Source: Candidatus Latescibacterota bacterium (GTDB taxonomy: Bacteria; Latescibacterota; UBA2968). From it: DNA of 64,000 nt. This document shows, one piece after another, positions 19,770-29,781 of this stretch (the stretch's first letter is position 1; each line of letters starts with the position of its first letter). Under the pieces are notes generated by a model. That model had not been told where the DNA came from, did not search any database, and saw only the letters and a program-made list of their open reading frames with translations. The translations under genes and the position numbers were made by a program. The stretch lies in assembly GCA_965208125.1 (NCBI GenBank), contig OZ242320.1, forward strand, positions 4,032,001 through 4,096,000. The letters are read 5' to 3'.

Positions 19770-20075
19770 ATGCCGACTTATGAATATGCGTGTACTGCAT
19801 GCGAGCACGAATTTGAAGCCTTTCATTCTATCACTGCTGAACCCATTCGCCTGTGTCCCGAATGCGGTGAGCAAAAAGTTGAACGTCTCATCAGTGGCGG
19901 TGCAGGTCTGATCTTTAAGGGGTCGGGTTTTTATATCACCGATTATCGAAGTGAAGGATACAAAGAAGCAGCGAAAAAGGATAAAGAAGCATCTAAAGAA
20001 AAAAAATCTGACGCAAAAAAATCAGGGACTAAAAAGACCTCTGAGTCAAAAAGCTCAGACTCTAAAGCAGCATAA
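19770..20075 (+). CDS. FmdB-family zinc ribbon protein
   Basis: MPTYEYACTAC...CPECG...FKGSGFYITDY; Lys/Ser-rich tail. Confidence 0.9.
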   Translation: MPTYEYACTACEHEFEAFHSITAEPIRLCPECGEQKVERLISGGAGLIFKGSGFYITDYRSEGYKEAAKKDKEASKEKKSDAKKSGTKKTSESKSSDSKAA

Positions 20076-20142
20076 AATATAGAAATTATACTCTATACAT
20101 TCCCATGCTCTGACATGGGCACCAAATAAGGAGAATTTTGCA

Positions 20143-22068
20143 ATGAGCACAGTAATAGGCATAGATCTGGGAACGACTAATTCTTGTGTCGCTGTGATGG
20201 AAGGCGGCGACCCGGTTGTTGTTCCAAATTCAGAAGGGGGGCGCACGACGCCCTCTGTTGTTGCATTTGCACAAGATGGGGAGCGCCTCATTGGTGAGGT
20301 TGCCAAACGGCAGGCTGTGACCAATCCGGCCAAGACCATTTATTCTATCAAGCGGTTTATGGGACGCCGCCGCGAAGAGGTGAGCACTGAGATTTCCGAA
20401 GTGCCTTACACGGTTACGAGTGACGCCAATGGGCTGGCATCTGTACAGCTCGACGACAAGACATATACTCCGCCCGAGATTTCGGCAATGGTGCTTCAAA
20501 AGATGAAGCAAACCGCTGAAGATTATCTCGGCGAAACCGTCACGCAGGCTGTAGTCACGGTTCCCGCATATTTTAACGATGCACAGCGACAGGCTACCAA
20601 AGATGCTGGCAAAATTGCTGGCCTCGACGTATTGCGTATAGTCAATGAACCAACGGCTGCCTCACTGGCTTATGGGCTGGACAAAAAGAGCGATGAAAAA
20701 ATCGCGGTTTTCGATCTTGGTGGCGGTACGTTTGACATTTCTATTCTGGAACTGGGCGATGGCGTTTTTGAAGTCAAATCCACCAATGGCGATACCCATT
20801 TGGGTGGCGATGACTTTGATCAGCGCGTCATTGACTTTCTGGCTGAGGAATTTTTGAAAGACAATAGCGTGGATTTGCGCCAGGATCCCATGGCTCTGCA
20901 ACGCCTTAAAGAAGCGGCAGAAAAAGCCAAGTGCGAACTATCGACTTCCGCATCTACCGACATCAATCTGCCGTTTATCACAGCCGATGCATCTGGACCC
21001 AAGCATCTCAATGTCAACCTGTCACGCGCGCGATTTGAGCAACTCGTTGATGATCTCGTCCAGCGCACAAAAGGGCCTTGTGAACAGGCTATTCGGGATG
21101 CCGGTCTTTCGGCTTCTGATATTGACGAAGTGATTCTGGTGGGCGGTTCAACGCGTATCCCCAAAGTACAGGAAATTGTGCAGGAAGTTTTTGGCAAAGA
21201 GCCTAACAGGGGGGTAAATCCCGATGAAGTTGTCGCCATTGGTGCAGCTATCCAGGCGGGTGTGCTCTCTGGGGACGTGACCGATGTGCTGCTGCTCGAT
21301 GTGACGCCGCTCTCGCTGGGTATTGAAACGCTTGGCGGCGTGATGACGCGCCTTATTGATCGCAATACCACAATTCCATCGAAAAAGGCCGAAGTGTTTT
21401 CAACCGCTGTGGACAGTCAGCCGTCGGTGGAGATTCACGTTTTGCAGGGCGAGCGCGATATGGCGTTAGATAACCGTACCATTGGCAAGTTTCATCTCGA
21501 TGGTATTCCGCCCGCGCCGCGCGGTGTGCCACAAATTGAAGTTACATTTGACATCGATGCAAATGGCATTCTCAATGTTTCGGCAAAAGATAAGGGTACG
21601 GGCAAAGAGCAGAATATTCGCATCGAGGCCTCGTCGGGGTTGTCAGACGCGGAAATTGACAAAATGGTCAACGACGCACAGGCAAATGCGGCTGAAGACA
21701 AGAAGAAACGCGAGGCTGTGGAAATCAAGAATGCGGCCGAGCAGCAGGTGCATCAGACCGAAAAACAGATGGAGGAAATGGGAGACAAGGTCAGCGCTGA
21801 GACGAAGGCCAAAGTGACAGAGGCTGTTGACAAGGTCAAAGATGCCCTCAAGGGAGACAATGTCGATGCGATTAAATCGGCGAATGAAAATCTCACCCAG
21901 GTTTGGCATCAGGTTGCGAGTGAACTCTATCAACAAGCTTCAGCAGACGAGGCACCGCCTCAGGGTGCGCCAGGAGAGCCACCACCAGGTGGTGCAGAAG
22001 GTCCCAAACAAAGCGACGATGGGACTGTTGATGCTGAATATGAAGTCGTGGATGACAAGAAGAAGTAA
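20143..22068 (+). CDS. dnaK: Molecular chaperone DnaK
   Basis: [42 protein letters not shown]. Confidence 0.99.
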   Translation: MSTVIGIDLGTTNSCVAVMEGGDPVVVPNSEGGRTTPSVVAFAQDGERLIGEVAKRQAVTNPAKTIYSIKRFMGRRREEVSTEISEVPYTVTSDANGLASVQLDDKTYTPPEISAMVLQKMKQTAEDYLGETVTQAVVTVPAYFNDAQRQATKDAGKIAGLDVLRIVNEPTAASLAYGLDKKSDEKIAVFDLGGGTFDISILELGDGVFEVKSTNGDTHLGGDDFDQRVIDFLAEEFLKDNSVDLRQDPMALQRLKEAAEKAKCELSTSASTDINLPFITADASGPKHLNVNLSRARFEQLVDDLVQRTKGPCEQAIRDAGLSASDIDEVILVGGSTRIPKVQEIVQEVFGKEPNRGVNPDEVVAIGAAIQAGVLSGDVTDVLLLDVTPLSLGIETLGGVMTRLIDRNTTIPSKKAEVFSTAVDSQPSVEIHVLQGERDMALDNRTIGKFHLDGIPPAPRGVPQIEVTFDIDANGILNVSAKDKGTGKEQNIRIEASSGLSDAEIDKMVNDAQANAAEDKKKREAVEIKNAAEQQVHQTEKQMEEMGDKVSAETKAKVTEAVDKVKDALKGDNVDAIKSANENLTQVWHQVASELYQQASADEAPPQGAPGEPPPGGAEGPKQSDDGTVDAEYEVVDDKKK

Positions 22069-22086
22069 ACATTGAATTACCACAAT

Positions 22087-22123
22087 AAAACGCCGAGGGC
22101 AAAAGTCCTCGGCGTTTTTGTTT
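22087..22123 (+). terminator. Intrinsic, probably bidirectional, terminator after dnaK
   Basis: aaaacgccgaggg-caaaag-tcctcggcgttttt. Confidence 0.88.
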
Positions 22124-22139
22124 CAAATATTTGGATTAT

Positions 22140-22193
22140 TTAGACTTCTGGTTCCTGCGGGCGGTTCTCGAACCCGCACTCAGTTGTCGGCAT
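22140..22193 (-). pseudogene. 17-aa N-terminal stub of a coupled partner gene (possibly a retropepsin-like aspartyl protease)
   Basis: ATG overlaps the 3' end of the 82-aa ORF; MPTTECGFENRPQEPEV*. Confidence 0.45.
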
Positions 22194-22428
22194 ATACGGG
22201 CCTATACAGAATGGAAGCTGGCAGCCTGAACGGGGGCGCGCCAACCCTTCTGATGAGATATGGTCCGCGACCAAAACGCTCTATTGCAACACCAGCCGCC
22301 GCCTCAAATGATTGATATGTTCCAATGAGTTCCTCATCGTGTACGACGACCCACTCACCGAAGTGATCGGTTTCTAACTCGTCGCGCATGCGCTCATAAG
22401 CGGCGATCTCTATACTTAGCTTGGCCAT
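22180..22428 (-). CDS. Small DUF5678-like protein
   Basis: AYERMRDELE..H.GEWVVVHDEELIG......A......FG..PYLIRRVG. Confidence 0.7.
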   Translation of the reverse strand: MAKLSIEIAAYERMRDELETDHFGEWVVVHDEELIGTYQSFEAAAGVAIERFGRGPYLIRRVGAPPFRLPASILYRPVYADN

Positions 22429-22538
22429 ATCAACATTCCTGCGTCATATTTTATCAAGTGGTGGTTTTACAATAAATATGAAGAAACTAATGGTTTGTTG
22501 TCAAGTGCGTACCGGTCAGCAAAATCGCAAAAATTTAA

Positions 22539-23372
22539 TCACGACGCTTTTTCGATTGTCACGCGAATTGCACTCAGGGGTTTGATGAACCGGAACCTGA
22601 CGGTTTTGCTGCGCGTGTCGAATCCGCCTGTGCCAACATCCTGGCTCGACAATTCCCGCAAAAAGTTTGCGACCCAGGTTGTGTCGCGTTGCCATTGCGG
22701 TACGGCATTTCGGATAAATAAACGCACGAGGGCTGCATTGCGGTTCATGTCGGCATCGGAGATATCGAGTACGGTTACCATAATTTCGGATCGCAACAAA
22801 TCGACTTCTGGACCCCAGAACTCCAGTACGACTTGTCCGCTGCCCGTTGCACCAAAATAGCGCGGCTGGCCCTCGAGGGGATCTACTTCTTCCAGTATCA
22901 GATCATCGGGCATCCCCACGATCATGCTATCAATGGATAGGGCACCGGGAGACGGTGGCGTTGCTTGAGGTTCTTGTGTCGCTTGCTGTTCAGTTGTAGG
23001 CTGAGTTGGGCGCGCTGCAGGCCGTTTTTTCCGCGTGCCTGAAGAACGACGCGCGAGGTCTTTTTGCAAAGCTGCGCGCACGGCTGCGGCGTCTCCGACA
23101 TAATTGCCGTGTACCCATCCCTCAGTTTTTCCATCTGCGCGTACATGTAACCAGGGATTGGCTCTTTCGAAAATCTCCAGTTCACGACCGCGCTGTAAGC
23201 GCTCAACCACCTGCGATTTTGTCGTCGGTTTCTCGCGCAGATTCAGAATTGCAACAGTGACATAGACTTTTTCTTTTGGTAATAGATAATCACAACCGCT
23301 TAAACTCGCCATGAGTACACAAAAAAGGCCGACAGAAAATCGGTCGGCCAAAAACTTCGACCTCGCCATCAA
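22539..23372 (-). CDS. SH3b-domain lipoprotein
   Basis: Lipobox LSGC; LNLREKP...WLHV...EGWVHGNYV; P/T/Q-rich linker. Confidence 0.8.
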   Translation of the reverse strand: MMARSKFLADRFSVGLFCVLMASLSGCDYLLPKEKVYVTVAILNLREKPTTKSQVVERLQRGRELEIFERANPWLHVRADGKTEGWVHGNYVGDAAAVRAALQKDLARRSSGTRKKRPAARPTQPTTEQQATQEPQATPPSPGALSIDSMIVGMPDDLILEEVDPLEGQPRYFGATGSGQVVLEFWGPEVDLLRSEIMVTVLDISDADMNRNAALVRLFIRNAVPQWQRDTTWVANFLRELSSQDVGTGGFDTRSKTVRFRFIKPLSAIRVTIEKAS

Positions 23373-23822
23373 TCATACCTCCATTGATTCTGTATTATCC
23401 ATTGATTCACGCCAGGTAAATGGATTCTGAATCTTAACTCCTCTGATGACCTGGCCATCATTCAGATCTTCGCTCAGAATCATATCACACCGGGCACTTT
23501 CGGCACAAACCAGCACCAGAGCATCCCAAAAAGAAATTTGGTTATGCTGACTACAGTCAATGGCCTCATAGATCAAGGGAGGCGATACTGGAACCACTTC
23601 AAGATTTCCAAAAGCCTGCAATATGCGCTTGGCCTTTAAAGGATCAACTCCCAGTTTTCGAGTTGCTACTACGAAGAACTCCTGCATGACCTGAGTAGAG
23701 ATGACAGATCTATTTGTTTCTTGCAATTGTTTGAGGATCGCGCGACACGCATTTTGTTTTTCTGGCTCATCCTGATCTGTGGCGTAAATCAGGATATTCG
23801 TATCGAGAAAAACTTTAGACAC
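23373..23822 (-). CDS. vapC: PIN-domain toxin (VapC)
   Basis: FLDTNILIY, STQVMQE, SFWDAL, SEDL. Confidence 0.9.
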   Translation of the reverse strand: MSKVFLDTNILIYATDQDEPEKQNACRAILKQLQETNRSVISTQVMQEFFVVATRKLGVDPLKAKRILQAFGNLEVVPVSPPLIYEAIDCSQHNQISFWDALVLVCAESARCDMILSEDLNDGQVIRGVKIQNPFTWRESMDNTESMEV

Positions 23823-24039
23823 GATAGAGGTCTTCCCGTTTCCACCTGACGCCCTGGGAGTGTGCTTGTGCCTGATCCATCAACTTGAAGCATTCATCGA
23901 GCCAGTCCTTTGAGGCAGGCATAACCGTTTGTTTTAGTAAGGAGTGGATTAGGCCATTCAGAGACGTATTGTGCTCTTGAGCATAGGCTCGTCCTGCTTT
24001 TATCACTTCCTCATCGAGAGCAATGGTAATATTTTCCAT
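23815..24039 (-). CDS. RHH antitoxin (VapB/DUF6364-like)
   Basis: NITIALDEEVI...AYA...TSLN.LI...WKREDLY; overlaps vapC start. Confidence 0.85.
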   Translation of the reverse strand: MENITIALDEEVIKAGRAYAQEHNTSLNGLIHSLLKQTVMPASKDWLDECFKLMDQAQAHSQGVRWKREDLYRV

Positions 24040-24182
24040 GGTATCCGCTTTCTGGAGAAGACGGCATTTTGCCGACAAAGACGAAACGCACCACCAATCA
24101 TTCCTCCTCAAAACCCTTGTAGATATTTTTTCTGGATTGAAAATATCGGAAATGCGATTATGGTCAAGGATTAAATTCTACT

Positions 24183-25610
24183 TTAATCCAAATACGTCAT
24201 CTGTGAAGTTTGAGGCCACTTGAATTGCTCGGGTGCATTTGTCGCGCTTGCCCATTCCCGAATGACTTCCAGATCCCTTCTTTTTTCCAGCATTTTTTCC
24301 GCAACCCACTCAGGGTCCCATCCATCCAGTACTTTTGCTGTTAGTTCTTCCCGAATCGCCTGACATTCGCTGTCGTCCGCCCGATTGTACAATTCCTCTG
24401 GATCTTCGGATAGATTGAATAATTGCGGATCATAGCCGTGATAGTAAATCAGTTTCCAATCGCCCTGTCGAATCATGCGCTGGTAATGGCCTTCGTAGAT
24501 ACAGTATTCTGAAAAAGCAATATCTTCCCATGTATCTACTTCACCGCGCAGCAATGGCAACAGGCTGCGCCCGCGTGAATATGGCAATTCGGGTGTTCCC
24601 AATGCGTCGAGCATGGTTGCATTTAAGTCCAATGCGCTGATGACACAGTTATTGACCTGTCCTTTGGGCAGTGCATCGGGCCAGGAAATAATTGCCGGTA
24701 CTCGAACAGATTCTTCGTAAAATGTTCGCTTCATCCACAATGCTTTTTCACCCACATGTTCACCGTGGTCTGATGAATATACGATCATTGTGTTCTGTGT
24801 AAATCCATTCTTTTCTAATGCCTCCAAAAGTTGTCCGATCATGCGATCCATAGCTGTGACCAGTGCCCAGTAAGCTGCGCGAGCGCGCGTGGTGTCGGCA
24901 TCGTCAATTTCTAAGAAACGGTTCCGGTTTCGCCACCATTGAAAAAAGGGGTGTGACTCATCGCTTGTTGGTTTGGGATGTTTTGGGGGTGTAATCACGT
25001 CGATATACTGGTCGTAATCCGCTTTTCGCGCAATATAAGGCGAGTGTGGTAGCATATATCCCACATGCATACAAAAGGGGGTGTCCGTTTGTCCGCTGCG
25101 TTTTTTTATGCCCTCTCGATTGATAAAATCAATTGCTGCTGCTGTCACATCTTCATCGTGTACTTCGTAACTGCTCTGGCCTGCACCTGATTTTTGAACC
25201 GATTGGATTAAGTTGCTGGGGGCATCGCCTGTGCCCGGGTAATTCGAAGAATGATCTCCAATGGGACGATCCACATACCCGTGCAACTGATCTGTGCCCA
25301 GGGCGTGCATGCGGCCTATGAGCACGGGGTGGTAGCCCGCCGCGCCCATTGCGTGCGCGAGTGTTGGCCGTCCCGAATCCAGGATGTGATGGTTTGTCCA
25401 TACTTCATTTTCATAAGGATACCGCCCCGTTAACATCGACATCCGCGATGGCGTGCATACAGGCGATGGACAATAGGCATTGTTAAATCTTATGCCTTGT
25501 GCAGCGAGTGAATCCAGATGGGGTGTTTGAACGAGTGGATCGCCATAACAGCCGAGCACCTTTGGGCTGTGCTGGTCTGAGTGGATGTAGAGCAAGTTTG
25601 GTCGGTTCAT
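24183..25610 (-). CDS. Cys-type sulfatase (choline sulfatase-like)
   Basis: PNLL..SDQH, CTPSR, GRMH, SDHG, WKLI. Confidence 0.92.
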   Translation of the reverse strand: MNRPNLLYIHSDQHSPKVLGCYGDPLVQTPHLDSLAAQGIRFNNAYCPSPVCTPSRMSMLTGRYPYENEVWTNHHILDSGRPTLAHAMGAAGYHPVLIGRMHALGTDQLHGYVDRPIGDHSSNYPGTGDAPSNLIQSVQKSGAGQSSYEVHDEDVTAAAIDFINREGIKKRSGQTDTPFCMHVGYMLPHSPYIARKADYDQYIDVITPPKHPKPTSDESHPFFQWWRNRNRFLEIDDADTTRARAAYWALVTAMDRMIGQLLEALEKNGFTQNTMIVYSSDHGEHVGEKALWMKRTFYEESVRVPAIISWPDALPKGQVNNCVISALDLNATMLDALGTPELPYSRGRSLLPLLRGEVDTWEDIAFSEYCIYEGHYQRMIRQGDWKLIYYHGYDPQLFNLSEDPEELYNRADDSECQAIREELTAKVLDGWDPEWVAEKMLEKRRDLEVIREWASATNAPEQFKWPQTSQMTYLD

Positions 25611-25639
25611 GTTTGAGTCCTTTTCACCAGTACACAGAA

Positions 25640-25666
25640 GGCAGGCAGCGGATACCCGTGCCTGCC
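25640..25666 (-). terminator. GC-rich hairpin between FAH and sulfatase genes
   Basis: GGCAGGCA...TGCCTGCC inverted repeat. Confidence 0.45.
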
Positions 25667-25694
25667 ATTATTTGGCCAATCAAGAGTGTAACAA

Positions 25695-26666
25695 CTATTT
25701 CTCACTTGCAGCTACTGTATTTACCAATCGGCCGATGCCCGAGATCTCAATTTCCACCGTGTCGCCCGGTTTCATATAGGTTCCCGTTGTATCGCCCACA
25801 CCCGAAATTGTACCTGTGCTGATTAGATCGCCCGGTTCGAGGGTGATAATTGCCGAGATGTATTCGATAATTTTATCTACGGGATACAACATTTGTCCCG
25901 TGTTGTTGTGCTGTTTGCGGTCGCCATTCACATATGTGCTGATGTCGAGGGTGTGTGGGTCTGTGATTTCATCTGAGGTTACAATCCACGGTCCTTGCGG
26001 TGCAAAGGTGTCCAGCCATTTGCCGTTTAACCAGTCAAACCATTCATCTCTTGGGCGGCTGTCTGTGCGTTTTTTGATTTGCAACATGCGTTCGGAGACA
26101 TCGTTCATGACCGTATAACCGGCGATATAATCCAATGCGTCTTCTGCCTGTACGCCCTTTGCCTCTCGGCCTATTACGACGGCCAATTCGCCTTCCCAAT
26201 CTACGCCTCTTGCGATGGGGGGGATCAAAATTTGATCGCCCGGTCCGATTACAGTCGATGTTGGAGGCTTCATAAATACGCGCGGCGTTTCCTTGTCTTG
26301 AATTTGCATCTTGGTCGTGCCGCTTTCTTCAATGTGATCCTGATAATTGCCCGCCAGGCAGAATAATTTGCGCGGATTGGGCATTGGTGCGCTCAATTTG
26401 ACGTCGCTGACGGCAAAACTGGTTGCGCCATCCGGTGTGCCATTTAAACGCTTTTCGGCATCAGCCGCCGCCTGTTGTGCCGCAGTCCTGCCCTCGGCCC
26501 CGGCTTCGAGAAGGGTCAGCATATCCGTAAAAAAGGGATGTGATTCGCGGTTTTCTGATTGGGCTAATGCTCTGTCTGCTGCGGCGAGATCGACAACAAT
26601 CGCGTCATTTGCGACGACTGCGCCAATGGATTCTGCACCGCCGACTGAATAAGTCGCGAGTTTCAT
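25695..26666 (-). CDS. Fumarylacetoacetate hydrolase family protein
   Basis: GNYQDH, DWEGELAVVIG, NDVSER, GDLISTGT; AGGAG RBS. Confidence 0.92.
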   Translation of the reverse strand: MKLATYSVGGAESIGAVVANDAIVVDLAAADRALAQSENRESHPFFTDMLTLLEAGAEGRTAAQQAAADAEKRLNGTPDGATSFAVSDVKLSAPMPNPRKLFCLAGNYQDHIEESGTTKMQIQDKETPRVFMKPPTSTVIGPGDQILIPPIARGVDWEGELAVVIGREAKGVQAEDALDYIAGYTVMNDVSERMLQIKKRTDSRPRDEWFDWLNGKWLDTFAPQGPWIVTSDEITDPHTLDISTYVNGDRKQHNNTGQMLYPVDKIIEYISAIITLEPGDLISTGTISGVGDTTGTYMKPGDTVEIEISGIGRLVNTVAASEK

Positions 26667-26691
26667 ATTTTTCTCCTTGTACGACGAATGC

Positions 26692-27555
26692 TTAATGGCT
26701 GGTAAACGACAATGGAAATGTCGGTTCTTGTGCCTGTTTTTGCGTGGGGGATTCGATCTTTTGATGATAATATTCTTCGACGAATTGCGCCAGATTTTTG
26801 CTCGCTTCTTCAAACACAATTTTGCCCTTTTCTGCGGTTGCCTTTTCCGCCTCGCCCATCACGCCCGAATCCGTATATTGACTCGTCCATTCAATTATGC
26901 CCACAGGTCCTCTGCTGAATAGATCAGTCCAGACGAATTTGGATCCCCGTTTATTGGTCCTGGCAATTTCACTCTTGATTTTATCTTTTCGTACGCTTTC
27001 CGGAGACAAATAGAGCAACATGGATGTTTCCAATTCGCCCGCATGCGAACATCCGCCGGGAAACACGCTCTCGCGCCATTCTTTGTCAAAGTCCGGATCG
27101 ACCTTGAGCAGTTGCCACCACGAGCAGAAAGCGCAACTCGCGTCTGTTTCTACGATTGTGCGCCGGGCGACCATTTCGACCAGATTGTGGTTGGAACCAT
27201 GCCCATTGACGAGGATCATTTTCTTAAAGCCGTGATAGGCAAGGCTTTTGCAAATGTCCAGCAGGTACTGAATGAAGTGTTCGTAGTGAATATTCAGCGA
27301 GCCAGGAAAATCCATGACGTGGTGTACATAGCCATAACTTACAGGCGGTAGTACCAGGCTGTATTCCGGCTTTAAGCGGGCGCCTTCTGTTGCCACGGCA
27401 TTGGCACACAGATGATCGACTTTCAAGGGCAAGTGATGCCCATGTTGTTCGACTGCGCCAGTTGGGATAATCGGAATTTTTCCCATTTCCACCGCTTCGT
27501 TCACTTCGGGCCAGGTCAGTTCGTCAAATTTGTAGATATCTTTTACAGAGGCCAT
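26692..27555 (-). CDS. Creatininase/MftE family amidohydrolase
   Basis: EQHGHHLPL..D, NGHGSN, HAGELETS. Confidence 0.92.
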   Translation of the reverse strand: MASVKDIYKFDELTWPEVNEAVEMGKIPIIPTGAVEQHGHHLPLKVDHLCANAVATEGARLKPEYSLVLPPVSYGYVHHVMDFPGSLNIHYEHFIQYLLDICKSLAYHGFKKMILVNGHGSNHNLVEMVARRTIVETDASCAFCSWWQLLKVDPDFDKEWRESVFPGGCSHAGELETSMLLYLSPESVRKDKIKSEIARTNKRGSKFVWTDLFSRGPVGIIEWTSQYTDSGVMGEAEKATAEKGKIVFEEASKNLAQFVEEYYHQKIESPTQKQAQEPTFPLSFTSH

Positions 27556-27581
27556 TATTTAACCTTTCTAAAGTCAGTTGT

Positions 27582-28646
27582 TCAATCTCTAATCGACACA
27601 TCGCCGCCGCTCGATTCTTTCACTTTAACAGGCTTTGCGCCGCCACGCACCAGGATGTCACCGCCAGAACTGGCATGGGCGCTTACAGTTTCAGTCAAAA
27701 TAGTAGTGATATCGGCACCACTGGAAGCCCGCAGATTGCCATGCTGGCAAGTGAGATCGTTCGCTTTTACATCCCCACTGGTGCTCGCTTTGGCGTCCAA
27801 ATTATCGCACGTTCCGGACAGGACTACATCCCCACTGGTACTGGCATCTACGGATACATTTCCTCCCGAGACTTTCGCGCGGATATTACCAGAGGTGGAG
27901 GCTCGCAAATCGATTTGCTGGGCAGTGAGGTCACTCGCCTTTACATCCCCACTGGTGCTCGCTTTGGCGCTCAAATTATCGCACTTTCCGGACAGGACTA
28001 CATCCCCACTGGTACTCGCTTTGATGTCCAGTTTCTCGTAAGTCCCCGATACGACCACATCGCCACTGGTGCTCGCATCTACGGATACATCGCCTCCCGC
28101 GACTTCCGCATTGATGTCTCCGGATGAGGTCGCTTTGATGGACAGATCAGAAGTTTTGATTCCCTTTGCCGTTACGATGCTGCTGGAAGATGCACCGAGA
28201 CGGTCGATACTGGGGACGGTAACGCGCACTGTGTAGGTGGGGACGCGTTCGCCATTTATTTTTATCACGCGCTGCCCATCGACGCGCTTAACCGATATGT
28301 TCTTGCCGTCGGATCCTATGCCGAAGAACCGTCGCCAACTCGATGTGTTCTCTCCTTTCCATATCTCTTCGGGACGCGTGGCAATAAGTACGCCATCTTC
28401 CATCCGCAATTCCAGGCCGCTAAAATCGCCACTCTCGGTATAAGCCACTACACTGAAGGCATTGCCCTGTGTGAGTTCGATGTCAACGGCAGCACTGGCA
28501 TATACACCGGTAAATCCGCTGAGATTGTATGTCTTACTCTGTTCGCTCATTTTGTCTCTCCTTGTTGACTCCTCAGCGTGACTTGTAAGCCAACTCACAA
28601 GCGCAACCATGACCAGAAAAATAGTAAGATATCGTTGAAATTGCAT
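27582..28646 (-). CDS. Secreted DUF2807 (head GIN) beta-solenoid, putative adhesin
   Basis: Signal peptide; repeated ASTSGD units; AGGAGG RBS before ATG 28646. Confidence 0.85.
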   Translation of the reverse strand: MQFQRYLTIFLVMVALVSWLTSHAEESTRRDKMSEQSKTYNLSGFTGVYASAAVDIELTQGNAFSVVAYTESGDFSGLELRMEDGVLIATRPEEIWKGENTSSWRRFFGIGSDGKNISVKRVDGQRVIKINGERVPTYTVRVTVPSIDRLGASSSSIVTAKGIKTSDLSIKATSSGDINAEVAGGDVSVDASTSGDVVVSGTYEKLDIKASTSGDVVLSGKCDNLSAKASTSGDVKASDLTAQQIDLRASTSGNIRAKVSGGNVSVDASTSGDVVLSGTCDNLDAKASTSGDVKANDLTCQHGNLRASSGADITTILTETVSAHASSGGDILVRGGAKPVKVKESSGGDVSIRD

Positions 28647-28676
28647 TGTAATCCTCCTTGCTTTGTCACGTCTGCT

Positions 28677-28703
28677 GGGCGGGCAGAGGAGCACCGCCCC
28701 TAC
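28677..28703 (-). repeat. GTAG-type REP-like element
   Basis: GTAG-GGGCGG-tgctcctctgc-CCGCCC. Confidence 0.55.
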
Positions 28704-28808
28704 TTTACCCTGAACTCTGCCACCACATCTTCATCAAGGTGAGACGTGAAATCCTGCAAAAAGTTACATTTCTCTCCATTTTGTGAGGTTAGACGGCTCG
28801 CTACGGCC

Positions 28809-29606
28809 TTACCCCTTTTGCAATACCCGCCACCGGTCGTACAATGGGCGCATCTCTTTTGGCAAAAATCCGCGCACATTGTCCGCGAGCATCCACTTCA
28901 GACGCGGGTCCACCTCGGAGGGTTTACTATCTTTCGTGTACATACTCCAGCTTCCGGACAGGGTCAATCGCTCCACATCCTTTTTCATTACTCCGCGGTG
29001 AATTAAATTGCCAGTCCAAAACACGGTTTGCCCGGCTTTGAGGGGTACGGCATATTGTCCCGGAATATCGTCGTGGCGTTCTTCTAACAAGCACCTGCGC
29101 TCGTGGGCGGTGCGATACCTTTTGTGACTGCCGGGCACAATTTGCAGGCAATAGTCATCCACCAGGGCGAGATGCCACCTCAAACCTCTTTGGGGACGAT
29201 TCAAAATTTCCATTTCTACCCGATACGATCCGTCGCGTTCCTTACTTCCAAAATCCCGGTGCCAGCCAAAACCGTAATCCGCTTGATATGGATTTGTGAA
29301 GATGAGTGTGCCTCCCAATTGCAACTGCGTGCCCAAAAAAGCGCGCGTGTATTTCATTATGGGTTCTGACATCAGATATTCGGCAAAAAGCGGTTCGTTC
29401 ATCTCGGGGGCAAACAACCCTCGAATTGCCCAGGGATCTCCGTCCTCCGAGCGGTGGGTGTACAAATCCACGTCACCTGAACGCACCTTTTGCTTGGTGC
29501 GAATCGCAGCTTCTAACAGGGGTTTTAGCATATCGGGATCGACGGCGTCATCGACGATAAAAAACCCTTGCTTCCTGTACTGCCGTTTCTCGGTGTCGCA
29601 AAACAT
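28809..29606 (-). CDS. PhyH family oxygenase
   Basis: QGFFIV, WHRD, VPGSH, IHRG, RLTL; AGGAGG RBS. Confidence 0.88.
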   Translation of the reverse strand: MFCDTEKRQYRKQGFFIVDDAVDPDMLKPLLEAAIRTKQKVRSGDVDLYTHRSEDGDPWAIRGLFAPEMNEPLFAEYLMSEPIMKYTRAFLGTQLQLGGTLIFTNPYQADYGFGWHRDFGSKERDGSYRVEMEILNRPQRGLRWHLALVDDYCLQIVPGSHKRYRTAHERRCLLEERHDDIPGQYAVPLKAGQTVFWTGNLIHRGVMKKDVERLTLSGSWSMYTKDSKPSEVDPRLKWMLADNVRGFLPKEMRPLYDRWRVLQKG

Positions 29607-29781
29607 GACCGCCTCCTTTCTTGTGCGGCGCAATATAGGTGTGTCGCGCGGTAAATACAAAAAAAAAGCGCGGGGGTATTGCGCGAGACGAAGCAGAAAA
29701 TAGTGGCAGGTCAGTGTCATTGTGATATTTTAAGGGAGGATATAAAGTATTGTGGAGCAAGCGATTGAAATGGAGGAAGAC

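Noticed and set aside
22155-22178. tgcggg...cccgca hairpin as a REP element
   Set aside because: Better explained as coding sequence of the MPTTECGFENR stub; lacks the GTAG tetranucleotide
27700-28130. Regularly spaced ~57-60 nt repeats (CATCCCCACTGGT) resembling a CRISPR array
   Set aside because: They encode ASTSGD solenoid repeats in an intact ORF
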